DNA from: Alphaproteobacteria bacterium
GTDB lineage: Bacteria > Pseudomonadota > Alphaproteobacteria > UBA828
Direction of reading: 5' to 3'
Assembly (NCBI GenBank): GCA_965237415.1
Contig: CBDEFM010000002.1
Span: 2,656,001-2,720,000, forward strand
Length of the DNA: 64,000 nucleotides
Shown here one piece after another: positions 54,442 through 64,000 of the stretch. A program made the position numbers and the translations under genes. The notes under the pieces were generated by a model. That model saw only the letters and a list, made by a program, of their open reading frames with translations, was not told the origin of the DNA and did no database searches. The first letter of the stretch is position 1. Every line of letters begins with the position of its first letter.

Positions 54442-56385
54442 CTAAAGCGCGAGTCCGGCGTCAGCCGGGGCGGCCGAGAGAGCGGCGTCGCTCGACTGGT
54501 ATTCAGGGACCATCGCCGCCACCAGCGCCAACGCGTCCCGCGTGCGCCGGTCCTGTGCGGCGGCTGCCAACTGGTCGAGCCGGCGCCGCATGAGGGTGAT
54601 GTCGGCGGGGCGCGACTGGGCCCTGAGAATACCCGGCGTCTCGGTCGCGACCATCGGCTCGGCCGGGTGAAACAGGCTCTCGTCCTTCTTTTCGCCCGGG
54701 CGCAGCCCCGTGAACACGATTTCGATGTCCTTATCGGGCGTAAGCCCGGCGAGGCGGATCATCTGCCGCGCGAGATCGACGATCTTGATGGGCTTGCCCA
54801 TGTCGAGCACATAGATGCCGCCGCCCTCTTCGCCGGCACCGAGCGCCGACGCTTGAAGAAGGAGCTGCACCGCCTCCCGCGTCGTCATGAAGTAGCGCGC
54901 GACATCGGGGTCGGTGACGGTGACCGGCCCGCCGTCGGCGATCTGGCGCTGGAAGAGCGGTACGACCGAGCCCGAGGAGCCGATCACGTTGCCGAAGCGC
55001 ACCGTCACCAGCCGCAATCCCCCGGCCGCCTGCGAGTCGGCGAGCGCCTGGCAGTAGCTCTCCGCTATGCGCTTGGTCGCTCCCATCACGCTCGTCGGGT
55101 TGACCGCCTTGTCGGTCGAGACCAGCACCATCGTCCGCGTGCCGTCGGCGATACAGGCATCGGCCACATTGCGTGTGCCCACGGCATTGGTGAGCACGCC
55201 CTCGTTGGGGTTGGCCTCGACCATGTGCACATGCTTGAGCGCCGCCGCATGGAACACCAGTTCCGGGCGCTCGCGGGCGAAGGTCGAGGCGAGGCGGCCG
55301 GGATCGCGCACGTCCCCCAGTACGGTGCTGCGCGAGAGGCCCGGATGCGCCCCCTCTAGCTCGAGATCGATCTGGTAGAGGTTGTATTCGGCGTTGTCGA
55401 TCAGGGTGAGGTGCGTGGGCTCATCGTCAGCGATCTGCCGTGCAAGCTCGGCACCGATGGTGCCGCCGGCGCCGGTGATGCAGACCCGACGGCCATTGAC
55501 CAGGGCCCGCATGGCGGCGCGATCGGGTGCGGCTTGCGGGCGGCCGAGCAGGTCTTCGAGGCGGATCGGGCGCACATCGATGTCGCGTGCGCCGCCGGGG
55601 CGGAAATCGGTCAACTCGGGCAGGCGGGAGAGCGGAAGCCCGATCGCCTCGCATGACGCAAGCAAGGTGCCGAGATGGTCAGGGTCGGGGTCCGGCGCCG
55701 TGAGCACCGCGTGGTGGGGGCCCGCACCACGAGCGCGGAGCCCGCGCACGATCTCCGGCAGCTCGGCCGTTGTCCCCAGTATCCGGATACCGTGGATGTG
55801 ACGCCTTGTCTTGCTTGCGTCGTCGTCAACGATGCCGACGACGCGGTAGTTCGAGGACGAGCCGCGCGTCGTGGCGCTGATGAAGAGCTCGGCATTGTCG
55901 CCAGCGCCCAGCAGCAGCACTGGTATGCGCCGTGCCGCGCCGCCGCCGCGCCGCAGCACGCCTGCGAGGCCGCCGTCCAGGACGGCCCGGTAAACGACCC
56001 GCGGTCCGACCAAAAGCGCAATCAGGATGAACCAGTTGATGAGGAAGGCCGAGCGGGGATAGCCTTCGAGGCGCGTGAGCGCAAAGAGGATCGGCACGAA
56101 GATCAGCACTGCGAGGCTCACGGTCTGTACGACCAGCACGACGTCGCGGAGCGCAGTGTAGCGCCAGACCCCGCGGTAGATGCGCATACGCCAGAAGACG
56201 AGCGCCGCGACCGCCGAGAAGAGCAACATCCCCTCGATGATGAAGCTGCTCGAGAGCTCCCAAAACGAGCCGAGCCCGTAGCGCAGCAGCAGAGCAAGCG
56301 CGAACGACGCGCCCGCCATGGCCACGTCGTGGGCCGCCACTATGTACGCGCGGCGGACGATCAAGCGTGTCCCGATGCGCCGCAT
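54442..56385 (-). CDS. Membrane nucleoside-diphosphate-sugar 4,6-dehydratase (CapD/PglF/WbpM family)
   Basis: N-terminal TMs; [38 protein letters not shown]; start approximate. Confidence 0.92.
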   Translation of the reverse strand: MRRIGTRLIVRRAYIVAAHDVAMAGASFALALLLRYGLGSFWELSSSFIIEGMLLFSAVAALVFWRMRIYRGVWRYTALRDVVLVVQTVSLAVLIFVPILFALTRLEGYPRSAFLINWFILIALLVGPRVVYRAVLDGGLAGVLRRGGGAARRIPVLLLGAGDNAELFISATTRGSSSNYRVVGIVDDDASKTRRHIHGIRILGTTAELPEIVRGLRARGAGPHHAVLTAPDPDPDHLGTLLASCEAIGLPLSRLPELTDFRPGGARDIDVRPIRLEDLLGRPQAAPDRAAMRALVNGRRVCITGAGGTIGAELARQIADDEPTHLTLIDNAEYNLYQIDLELEGAHPGLSRSTVLGDVRDPGRLASTFARERPELVFHAAALKHVHMVEANPNEGVLTNAVGTRNVADACIADGTRTMVLVSTDKAVNPTSVMGATKRIAESYCQALADSQAAGGLRLVTVRFGNVIGSSGSVVPLFQRQIADGGPVTVTDPDVARYFMTTREAVQLLLQASALGAGEEGGGIYVLDMGKPIKIVDLARQMIRLAGLTPDKDIEIVFTGLRPGEKKDESLFHPAEPMVATETPGILRAQSRPADITLMRRRLDQLAAAAQDRRTRDALALVAAMVPEYQSSDAALSAAPADAGLAL

Positions 56386-56386
56386 A

Positions 56387-57424
56387 TCAAGCCTGTTTCG
56401 ACGCGCCGCATGTTGCCCGAGCGGCAGCGTGAAGATACCACAGGAGCGCTGCAACGAGCAGCGCGCCTGCGGCGAGTGCGGCGCCGGCAGCGGTACTGCC
56501 CTGCTGCGACGCGAGCGCCAAACCGATGAGCAGGAGATTGTGGCCTGCGATCAGTGCGGCCGTGCGTCCGTGGCTCCAGCCCGCTGCGACGACCCGCTGA
56601 TAGAGGTGCTCGCGATGCGCTTCCCATATGCGCCGGCCGCGGAGGAGGCGGCGCGTCAGCGTAAACGTTGCATCTGCAAGGTAATAGGCCGGTAGCAGCA
56701 GCGCCGCCTGCCATGCGCCCGCCGACGCCAGCGCCAGCAGGAGCCATCCGGCCAGGTAACCGAGCGGGACGCTGCCGACATCGCCGAGAAAGATCTTGGC
56801 GGGATTCCAGTTCCAGAGCAGAAAACCGAGCGAGACGCCGGCGAGAGCCAGCCCCAGCGGGCCCAGACCCGCCGGCGCCACGCCCAACAGCACCAGCAGG
56901 AACGTGCCGAGCCCGAGGCTCGCGCCCTCGGCGCCGCTGATCCCGTCGATCCCGTCCATGAAGTTGAACAGGTTCACGAACCAGAGCCAGGCCGCGGCCG
57001 CCAGCGCGTGATCGACGAGGGGCGTAAGGGTGCCCTGAAAGACGAGAGCGTCGCCGGGAAGCGAGGCGATCCCGGCGGCAACCGCCGCGATCTGCGCCAG
57101 GAGGCGCAGCAGGGCCGAGAGACCGCCGCGCAGATCGTCGAGCCAGGAAATCGCGGCGAGCCCAAGCGCGCCCGCAATAGCGACCCAGAAGAGCGACCCG
57201 CAGCCTTGGCAGGCGTCTGACAGCCAGAGGGCGAGCCAGGCTGCGATCAGGACGCCGACCACGGCGATGCCGCCGCCGCGGGGTACGGGCCCAGCGTGGC
57301 TTGAGCGCTCGTTGGGGCGGTCCATGACTCCGTGGCGCCTGAGAACCGCCCGCACGAGACCGGTCAGAGCCGCCACCGCCGCGAAGCTGACGCCGCCCGC
57401 TGCGAGGGACGCCGTGAGGCTCAC
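56387..57424 (-). CDS. MraY/WecA-like polyprenyl-phosphate glycosyl-1-phosphate transferase
   Basis: RSSH, PRGGG, LDD, NFMDGIDG, FLGDVGS, HREH. Confidence 0.92.
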   Translation of the reverse strand: MSLTASLAAGGVSFAAVAALTGLVRAVLRRHGVMDRPNERSSHAGPVPRGGGIAVVGVLIAAWLALWLSDACQGCGSLFWVAIAGALGLAAISWLDDLRGGLSALLRLLAQIAAVAAGIASLPGDALVFQGTLTPLVDHALAAAAWLWFVNLFNFMDGIDGISGAEGASLGLGTFLLVLLGVAPAGLGPLGLALAGVSLGFLLWNWNPAKIFLGDVGSVPLGYLAGWLLLALASAGAWQAALLLPAYYLADATFTLTRRLLRGRRIWEAHREHLYQRVVAAGWSHGRTAALIAGHNLLLIGLALASQQGSTAAGAALAAGALLVAALLWYLHAAARATCGASKQA

Positions 57425-57766
57425 CGCGCTAGCCAGGGCGCCACCTCTGCCGGCCTCCCGCCATCTGTCATGCTCAAGGCTCCCCGCCTTCCGTCATTTG
57501 GTGCCGCGCCGACACCCGGTGCGGCGCGCCAATCGCACCGCTCGCTCTTACACCCGGATTCCCTTCGCCCACAGGCGAATTGCAACGTCAATTCCGATTG
57601 TATTGGAACTCGGAGCGTCATACCCGGCCTGTTACGGCGAGCTAACGTGATCGGGCGTGGCGGTAGCGCCTGCGATATGACATACTGGCGACAGAGTTGC
57701 AGATGCTGCCCGGTACACCTCGCAGAATGCTCACATTGAGACCGTCCCAGTGAGATTCACCGACTG

Positions 57767-58015
57767 ATGTACACGCGAATCGACCCTCTTATGCTGACCT
57801 ATGAGGTCGGGGTCGACGAGTATCTCGCGACACTTGCCGCGAGGCATGCTGGGCTCGAACGGGCTATCCAGGAAGAGGCCGGGAGACCGGCACCCGACGG
57901 ACTGTCTCTAACCGATTTGAAGCGACGCAAGCTCAAGGTCAAGGACGAGATAGAGAGGCTGCGAACGGAGGCGGCGGGCGCGGATCGTCGCTCGGGCGTT
58001 CAAAGTCGGCGTTAG
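57767..58015 (+). CDS. DUF465/YdcH-family small coiled-coil protein
   Basis: RHAGLE.AI.EE..RP.PD...LKRRKLKVKDEI; start uncertain. Confidence 0.8.
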   Translation: MYTRIDPLMLTYEVGVDEYLATLAARHAGLERAIQEEAGRPAPDGLSLTDLKRRKLKVKDEIERLRTEAAGADRRSGVQSRR

Positions 58016-58199
58016 CCGCCCCAGGCGGTGGCGCGCGCCAACCGAGCATCCCCAACGCCGGAATGCGGGGCATTTCCGGAGGGGGATGTTCACGCTGCGA
58101 TTGACAGAGGGCCATCGCACCGCCAGGGTCGGCAATCGATCGCCGCTCCTGACTGACGAAACGACGTACGCGCGTATGGTGTAGGGACTTATTCGGGGT

Positions 58200-61187
58200 A
58201 TGGATCGCCAGTCTCGCCGTTGGGTCGGCCGCATTGCGGCGCTCGCGCTGATCGCGGCGTTCGCGGCCAGCGCGCCCGCGCCGATGCAGGCGGCGCTCGG
58301 GGCCACGGCGGTTGAAGTCGAGACGGAACTGGAGACCCTCCGCGTCGGGCGTGGCGACAGCCTGTCCGTCCTGTTGAGCAGGGCCGGTGTGCGCGCCGTG
58401 GACGCTGACAGAATCAGCAAGGCAATCCAGAAGAAGACGAACCTGCGGCGCATGAGTATCGGCCGCGAGGTGCGGCTCCTGTTCAGAGTGGAAGACGAGC
58501 GCCAGCGCATCCCGGTTGCGGTCAGCGTCGAGACAGGGCAGGGCCGGTTCGTCGAGGCGACACGGAGCGCAAACGGCCGCTACACCGCGCACCGCACCAG
58601 GCTCCCCCTTACTCGACCCATCCCGCTGACAGAGGTCGCGCTCGGCGACGATGGCCACAGCGTGACGGTGCGGCGCAACGATACGATCGGTGGCATCCTG
58701 CGCCGTCATGGCGTCGACGGCACCACAATGGACGCCATCGTGAGCGCGCTGCGCGGGAGCTTCGACCCGCGCGACCTCATGCCGGGCCACGCCATCACCA
58801 TTGCCGCCGGGCGTAGCGCCGACGGTGCGCCCGTTGTGAACGCCATCGCACTCCACCTCGACGGCGACAAGGCGGTGGCCGTCGTCCGCACCGATAGCGG
58901 AGGGTTCGCCGCGCAACGCACCACTGGCACTGCGCTGCAATCCGTGGCGCTTGCATCCGCAGCTGTACCTGCGGTGGAATACTATGCAACGCCGCCGGCA
59001 AAGCCGGTCCTCAAGAGTGTCGAAGCCAGTCCCGCGGTCGCCGATCAGCCTCGCGGCACCACCCCCGCCTACGATGGCCCGGAGCACCCCGCAGAGCCCG
59101 AACTCTTCGAGCTGCGCCGCACCCTGCGCGCGGGCAGCACCCTGATGGATTTGTTGCTCGACGCCGACGTGCGGAGACCCGAGGCGGATGCCCTCGTGCA
59201 GAGCCTGCGCCGGGTGTTCAACCCGCGGCGCCTCCCCGCCGGTATCACGGTGAGGGTCGCGAAGCGGCCCGTGCCCGGTTTCGAGCCGCGCATCGCATGG
59301 CTCGACATCGAACTGCCGCATGGGCGGCGTATTCTGATGGAGCGGGAAGAGAAGGGGCGTTTCTCCAGCCGAATCACGAACGAGCCGCCACCGCCGCCCG
59401 CGCAGCCGCGCGCGGTGGCCGACGCCGCCGCGGCGGACCGCGCCGGCGTCGCTCCCGCACCGAGCGCGAGGCCTGTAGCGCCGGAGCCTCTGCCGCCGTC
59501 CGCCACACGCATCACGGTGCGATCAGGCGATACCCTGATGGCCATCTTGCGACGGCAAGGGATCGATCGCGTGGAGGCGGATCGCGCCATTCAGGCGGCC
59601 CGCACACTGTTTAATTTGAGGCGCCTCAGAATCGGACAGGAAATCACGTTGGTGACCGGCATCGACGAGACGGGTGCGGACACCCTCAAGACCGTCGCGC
59701 TGCGCGTTGGCGACGATCGCTTCGTCAAGGTGACCCGCACTGCCGACAACCATTTCGAAGCGGCGCGGGTGGACCGGCTCGGGCTCATGACCGCCTCGCT
59801 TGAGCGCGTCCGCGCGGCGAGCGAACAGCCCGACGGCGAGCTGCGCCGCGAACGGGCGGACGCCGCGGACCGCGGGCACGTGATGAACGCTGCCTTTGTC
59901 GCCGCCGCCGCACCGATTGCGAGCGTCCCCCCCGGGCTTGAGCCCCAAGGCGCGGCGGATCCCCACAGCGGTGCCGTCAACGGCGTCGTCAATGGCACCG
60001 TCAACGGCGCCGTCATCGGCACTCTCGACGGCAGCGCCGGCGCTCACCTCGATCCCGACGACGGCTTGGTGCGGAAGGCGGTGGTCATTCGCAGGGGGGA
60101 CACGCTGTCGGCCGCGCTCGCCCGGGCGGGCGGCACGCGCAAGGAGGCGGAGGCGGCAATCGTCGCCTTCCGCAAGGTTCACAATCCACGCCAGCTGCGG
60201 GTCGGCCAGACGCTCTCCCTCTCGTTCGATCCGGCGAGCGGGTCGGACGGTGCCCCGCAGCTCGCCTCGCTTGCCCTCGACGTGGCGGCAGATCGCGATG
60301 TCGTGGTGACGCGCGGCGGTGACGGCATTTTCTTGTCGAGCGTGGTGGACCGGCCGCTCGAGCGCATCCTGCAAAGGACGGTCGGCACGATCGATGCCAA
60401 TCTCTATGACACGGCGCTCGCCGCGGGAATGCCGAACCAGGTCCTCATGGAGATGGTGCACATCTTCAGCTTCGACGTGGACTTCCAGCGCGAAATCCAG
60501 CCCGGCGACCGCTTCGAGGTTCTCTACGAAGCGGTTTTCAACACGGCCGGCGAGTTCGTGGAGAACGGCCCGATCCTTTATGCCTTGCTCGAGGTTGGCG
60601 AGCGCGAGGTGGAGCTCTTCCGCTACGAGCCCGACGAGGGGCCGGCGGACCACCTGGACACCAAGGGCGCGAGCGTGCGCAAGGCCCTCATGCGTACGCC
60701 GATCAACGGTGCCCGCCTCTCGTCCGGCTACGGCATGCGCAGGCACCCGATCCTGGGCTACACCAAGAAGCACCTGGGCGTCGATTTCGCGGCGCCCGCA
60801 GGCACGCTAATCTATGCCGGAGGCGACGGGACGATCACGATGATCGGCCGCCACGGCAACTTCGGCAAATACATCCGCATCCGACACAACGGCACCTACA
60901 GCACCGGCTATGCCCACCTCAATGGCTATGCGAGCGGCATAAAGAAGGGCAAGCGGGTGCGCCAGGGGCAGGTCATCGCCTATGTCGGTTCCACCGGAAT
61001 GTCGACCGGGCCGCACCTCCACTACGAGGTGATGCAGGGCAACAAGCGGATCAACCCGATGACGCTCAAGCTGCCCTCCGGACGCAAGCTGGAAGGCCAC
61101 GAGCTCGCCGCGTTCCAGCAGCAAGTGCAGAAGATCACGGTCCTGCTCGCCGAGGTGCCTGCGGTCACGCGCGTCGCCCAGCGCTAA
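58200..61187 (+). CDS. M23 family peptidoglycan endopeptidase with five LysM-like repeats
   Basis: Signal/TM at N-terminus; C-terminal RRHPILG..KHLGVDFAAP, YAHL, STGPHLHYE. Confidence 0.9.
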   Translation: MDRQSRRWVGRIAALALIAAFAASAPAPMQAALGATAVEVETELETLRVGRGDSLSVLLSRAGVRAVDADRISKAIQKKTNLRRMSIGREVRLLFRVEDERQRIPVAVSVETGQGRFVEATRSANGRYTAHRTRLPLTRPIPLTEVALGDDGHSVTVRRNDTIGGILRRHGVDGTTMDAIVSALRGSFDPRDLMPGHAITIAAGRSADGAPVVNAIALHLDGDKAVAVVRTDSGGFAAQRTTGTALQSVALASAAVPAVEYYATPPAKPVLKSVEASPAVADQPRGTTPAYDGPEHPAEPELFELRRTLRAGSTLMDLLLDADVRRPEADALVQSLRRVFNPRRLPAGITVRVAKRPVPGFEPRIAWLDIELPHGRRILMEREEKGRFSSRITNEPPPPPAQPRAVADAAAADRAGVAPAPSARPVAPEPLPPSATRITVRSGDTLMAILRRQGIDRVEADRAIQAARTLFNLRRLRIGQEITLVTGIDETGADTLKTVALRVGDDRFVKVTRTADNHFEAARVDRLGLMTASLERVRAASEQPDGELRRERADAADRGHVMNAAFVAAAAPIASVPPGLEPQGAADPHSGAVNGVVNGTVNGAVIGTLDGSAGAHLDPDDGLVRKAVVIRRGDTLSAALARAGGTRKEAEAAIVAFRKVHNPRQLRVGQTLSLSFDPASGSDGAPQLASLALDVAADRDVVVTRGGDGIFLSSVVDRPLERILQRTVGTIDANLYDTALAAGMPNQVLMEMVHIFSFDVDFQREIQPGDRFEVLYEAVFNTAGEFVENGPILYALLEVGEREVELFRYEPDEGPADHLDTKGASVRKALMRTPINGARLSSGYGMRRHPILGYTKKHLGVDFAAPAGTLIYAGGDGTITMIGRHGNFGKYIRIRHNGTYSTGYAHLNGYASGIKKGKRVRQGQVIAYVGSTGMSTGPHLHYEVMQGNKRINPMTLKLPSGRKLEGHELAAFQQQVQKITVLLAEVPAVTRVAQR
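59973..60020 (+). repeat. 4 x 12-bp in-frame tandem repeat (xVNG)
   Basis: gccgtcaacggc gtcgtcaatggc accgtcaacggc gccgtcatcggc = AVNG VVNG TVNG AVIG. Confidence 0.75.
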
Positions 61188-61280
61188 CCGAAGCTAACCA
61201 GAGGCCGGTCGCCACGCGCGGCGGCAAACCCACCACGCAATCCTCTTCGATTTAACGCGCGAGCGCCTGAGGTGCTGTCG

Positions 61281-63884
61281 CTACGCCGCGCTGGCGAGGG
61301 CGTCGGCGTCCTGCCCGTCGATGATGAGGCTGTCACCGCCCGCCGAGACATGCACTGTCTCGCCGTCGCCGAGCCGGCCGGCGATGATGAGCTGGGCGAG
61401 CGGGTTCTGCAGGCTGCGTTGGATCACCCGCTGCAGTGGCCGCGCGCCGTAAGTGGGGTCGTAGCCCGCGTCGCCGAGCCATGCGCGCGCGTCATCGTCG
61501 AGCTCGAGTGCGATCTTGCGATCGCTCAGCCGTTGGGCGAGGCGGGCGATCTGAATGTCCACGATGGCACCCATGTGCGTGCGATCCAGCCGGTGGAAGA
61601 GGATGACCTCATCAAGCCGGTTGAGGAACTCCGGTCTGAAGCTCGCCCGCACGAGCTCCATAACAGGCTCGCGCACCGCGCTCGACGGCTCGCCCTCGGG
61701 CTGCGCCGCCATGATCTCGCCGCCGAGATTCGAGGTCATGATGATCACGGTGTTGCGGAAATAGACCGTGCGCCCGTGTCCGTCGGTGAGGCGCCCGTCG
61801 TCGAGCACCTGCAGCAGCAGGTTGAAGACGTCGCCATGCGCCTTTTCGATCTCGTCGAACAGGATCACCTGGTAAGGACGGCGGCGCACCGCCTCGGTGA
61901 GCGTGCCGCCCTCGTCGTAGCCGACATAGCCGGGCGGAGCGCCGATCAGCCGGGCGACGGCGTGCTTTTCCATGAACTCAGACATGTCGATGCGGATCAT
62001 CGCCGCCTCGTCGTCGAACAGGAACGCGGCGAGCGTCTTGGCGAGCTCGGTCTTGCCCACCCCGGTCGGGCCCAGGAAGAGGAATGAGCCGGTCGGGCGG
62101 TCGGCGTCCTGAAGGCCGGCGCGGGCGCGGCGCACGGCGTTGCTCACCGCCACCACGGCTTCCTCCTGCCCCACCACACGCTCGCGAAGCGAGCGCTCCA
62201 TGTGCAAGAGCTTCTCGCGCTCGCCCTCCAGCATCTTGTCCACCGGGATGCCGGTCCAGCGCGAGACGATGGCGGCGATGTGGGAGGATCTCACTGCTTC
62301 GTCGAGAAGCGGTTCGTGGGTCGCGGTTTCGAGCGCACCCAGCTCCCGCTCGAGGTCGGGAATAACCCCGTAGGCGAGCTCGCCCGCGCGCGCCAGGTCG
62401 CCGTTCCGCTGTGCGATCTCGAGCGCGCTGCGAGCGGAGTCGAGCTGCTCCTTGATCCGCTGCCCGCCTGCGAGGCGCTCCTTCTCGGCGCGCCAGACAG
62501 CCGTCTGATCGGCCGAGCGCTTCTCCAACGCGTCGAGTTCCTCGCCCAGCCCCTGGAGCCGATCGCGCGAGCGCTCGTCGGTCTCCTTCTTGAGCGCCTC
62601 CCGCTCGATCTTGAGCTGGATAATGCGCCGATCGAGCTCGTCGAGCTCCTCTGGCTTGGAATCGATCTCCATCCTGAGCCTGCTCGCCGCCTCGTCGACG
62701 AGGTCGATCGCCTTGTCAGGCAGGAAGCGATCGGTGATGTAGCGATTGGAGAGCGCCGCGGCCGAGACGATCGCGTTGTCCGTGATGGCGACGCCGTGAT
62801 GCACCTCGTACTTCTCCTTGAGGCCGCGCAGGATCGATACCGTGTCCTCGACGGTGGGCTCCGACACGTAGACGGGCTGGAAGCGCCGTGCCAGCGCCGC
62901 GTCCTTTTCCACATGCTTGCGGTACTCGTCGAGGGTCGTGGCGCCGACGCAGCGCAGCTCACCCCTGGCGAGGGCGGGCTTAAGCAGGTTGGAGGCGTCC
63001 ATTGCGCCCTCGGCCGCACCGGCGCCGACAAGCGTGTGCAGCTCGTCGATGAACATGACGACCTCGCCAGCCGCCGCGTTGACCTCGGTCAGCACGGCCT
63101 CCACGCGTTCCTCGAACTCGCCGCGAAACTTGGCGCCGGCCACCATGGCGCCGAGATCGAGGGCCAGAAGCCGCTTGTCCTGCAGCGATTCGGGGACGTC
63201 GCCATTGACGATGCGCTGGGCCAAGCCTTCGACGATCGCCGTTTTGCCGACTCCCGGCTCGCCTATGATGACCGGGTTGTTTTTCGTCCGCCGAGAGAGG
63301 ACCTGCATGATGCGGCGGATTTCCTCATCCCGGCCGATCACCGGATCGACCGTGCCGCCCCGCGCCGCCTCGGTCAGATCGCGCGCATACTTCTTGAGCG
63401 CGTCGTATCCGGACTCGGCGGAGGCGCTGTCCGCCGTTCTTCCCTTGCGCAGGTCGTTGATCGCGGCATTCAGTGTCTGGGGGCTTACGCCGGCGTCTGC
63501 CAGGATGCGAGCGGCGTGGGTTCCCTTGGCGAGCGCGAGCGCCAGCAGCAGGCGCTCGGCGGTGACATAGCTATCGCCGGCCTTCTTCGCGATTTCCACG
63601 GCGGAATCGAAGAGGCGTGCTGTCTCCGGCGCGAGGTAGATTTGGCCTGCGCCGTCCCCCTCTACCCTCGGCAGCGCGTCGAGAGCTGCCTCGGTCTTCT
63701 CCAGCGCGTCTTCCGGCCTACCGCCGGCTGCTCGGATGAGATTGGCGGCGAGGCCCTCTCCGTCATCGAGAAGAACCTTGAGCAAGTGCTCCGGCGCGAA
63801 GCGCTGATGGCCGCGCGCGGCCGCGAGGCCCTGTGCCGCCTGCACGAAGCCGCGCGAGCGCTCGGTAAACTTGTCGAAATCCAT
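61281..63884 (-). CDS. clpB: ATP-dependent chaperone ClpB
   Basis: Two AAA+ modules ([16 protein letters not shown]), coiled-coil middle domain, GYVGY, GARPL; ATG at 63884. Confidence 0.98.
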   Translation of the reverse strand: MDFDKFTERSRGFVQAAQGLAAARGHQRFAPEHLLKVLLDDGEGLAANLIRAAGGRPEDALEKTEAALDALPRVEGDGAGQIYLAPETARLFDSAVEIAKKAGDSYVTAERLLLALALAKGTHAARILADAGVSPQTLNAAINDLRKGRTADSASAESGYDALKKYARDLTEAARGGTVDPVIGRDEEIRRIMQVLSRRTKNNPVIIGEPGVGKTAIVEGLAQRIVNGDVPESLQDKRLLALDLGAMVAGAKFRGEFEERVEAVLTEVNAAAGEVVMFIDELHTLVGAGAAEGAMDASNLLKPALARGELRCVGATTLDEYRKHVEKDAALARRFQPVYVSEPTVEDTVSILRGLKEKYEVHHGVAITDNAIVSAAALSNRYITDRFLPDKAIDLVDEAASRLRMEIDSKPEELDELDRRIIQLKIEREALKKETDERSRDRLQGLGEELDALEKRSADQTAVWRAEKERLAGGQRIKEQLDSARSALEIAQRNGDLARAGELAYGVIPDLERELGALETATHEPLLDEAVRSSHIAAIVSRWTGIPVDKMLEGEREKLLHMERSLRERVVGQEEAVVAVSNAVRRARAGLQDADRPTGSFLFLGPTGVGKTELAKTLAAFLFDDEAAMIRIDMSEFMEKHAVARLIGAPPGYVGYDEGGTLTEAVRRRPYQVILFDEIEKAHGDVFNLLLQVLDDGRLTDGHGRTVYFRNTVIIMTSNLGGEIMAAQPEGEPSSAVREPVMELVRASFRPEFLNRLDEVILFHRLDRTHMGAIVDIQIARLAQRLSDRKIALELDDDARAWLGDAGYDPTYGARPLQRVIQRSLQNPLAQLIIAGRLGDGETVHVSAGGDSLIIDGQDADALASAA

Positions 63885-63991
63885 GCGCCTTCCCTCGTTG
63901 GCCATCCGCTGCCGAGAGCCGAACGGGGTCGCACTCTCATGGCCTCATGCGAGGCCCGCAGGCGGATGCCGGGTATTCAAGCAACCGCTTC

Positions 63992-64000
63992 CTATATGGG
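63992..64000 (-). promoter_or_regulatory. Possible RpoH (sigma-32) -10 element for clpB
   Basis: Minus strand begins CCCATATAG ~110 bp upstream of clpB; the -35 would lie outside the window. Confidence 0.4.

Noticed and set aside
57577-57594. GAATTG-N6-CAATTC dyad as an FNR/FixK box
   Set aside because: Spacing and bases do not match TTGAT-N4-ATCAA; a single copy with no other support.
63925-63960. CIRCE-like GCACTC upstream of clpB
   Set aside because: Only a half-site; no TTAGCACTC-N9-GAGTGCTAA.

Overview
GC-rich alphaproteobacterial (Rhodospirillales-like gene order) chromosomal window. The left end is the conserved hemH-hemE | PPDK-regulator-maf-aroE-coaE-dnaQ block, whose divergent intergenic gap (1880-2292) is the usual position of the replication origin. 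About 6-38 kb is an accessory/metabolic stretch: a low-GC three-gene toxin/HTH/unknown cassette, an LLM oxidoreductase and a P450, a membrane heme-Rieske redox module with a Rieske-FMN glutamate-synthase-like enzyme, a desaturase plus tandem BHMT-like methyltransferases, two convergent operons (oxidoreductase + polyamine-type ABC; hydantoinase + DUF917) sharing a 25-bp upstream motif, and a TetR(RutR-like)-controlled operon headed by a uracil-DNA-glycosylase-fold gene followed by a GMC oxidoreductase, NIPSNAP and a nucleoside-type ABC importer. 38-64 kb is core genome (rpsF-rpsR-rplI-cfa-dnaB-mlaEF-radA-cvpA-purF, mtnA, purH, glycan biosynthesis, an expanded M23 peptidase, clpB). No tRNA, rRNA, CRISPR array, transposase or integrase was recognised. 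Best candidates for an undescribed system: the UDG-fold nucleoside catabolic operon (29.7-38.1 kb), the tripartite TA-like cassette (7.1-8.5 kb) and the heme-Rieske module (11.9-16.1 kb). All assignments come from manual motif reading; no database searches were run.
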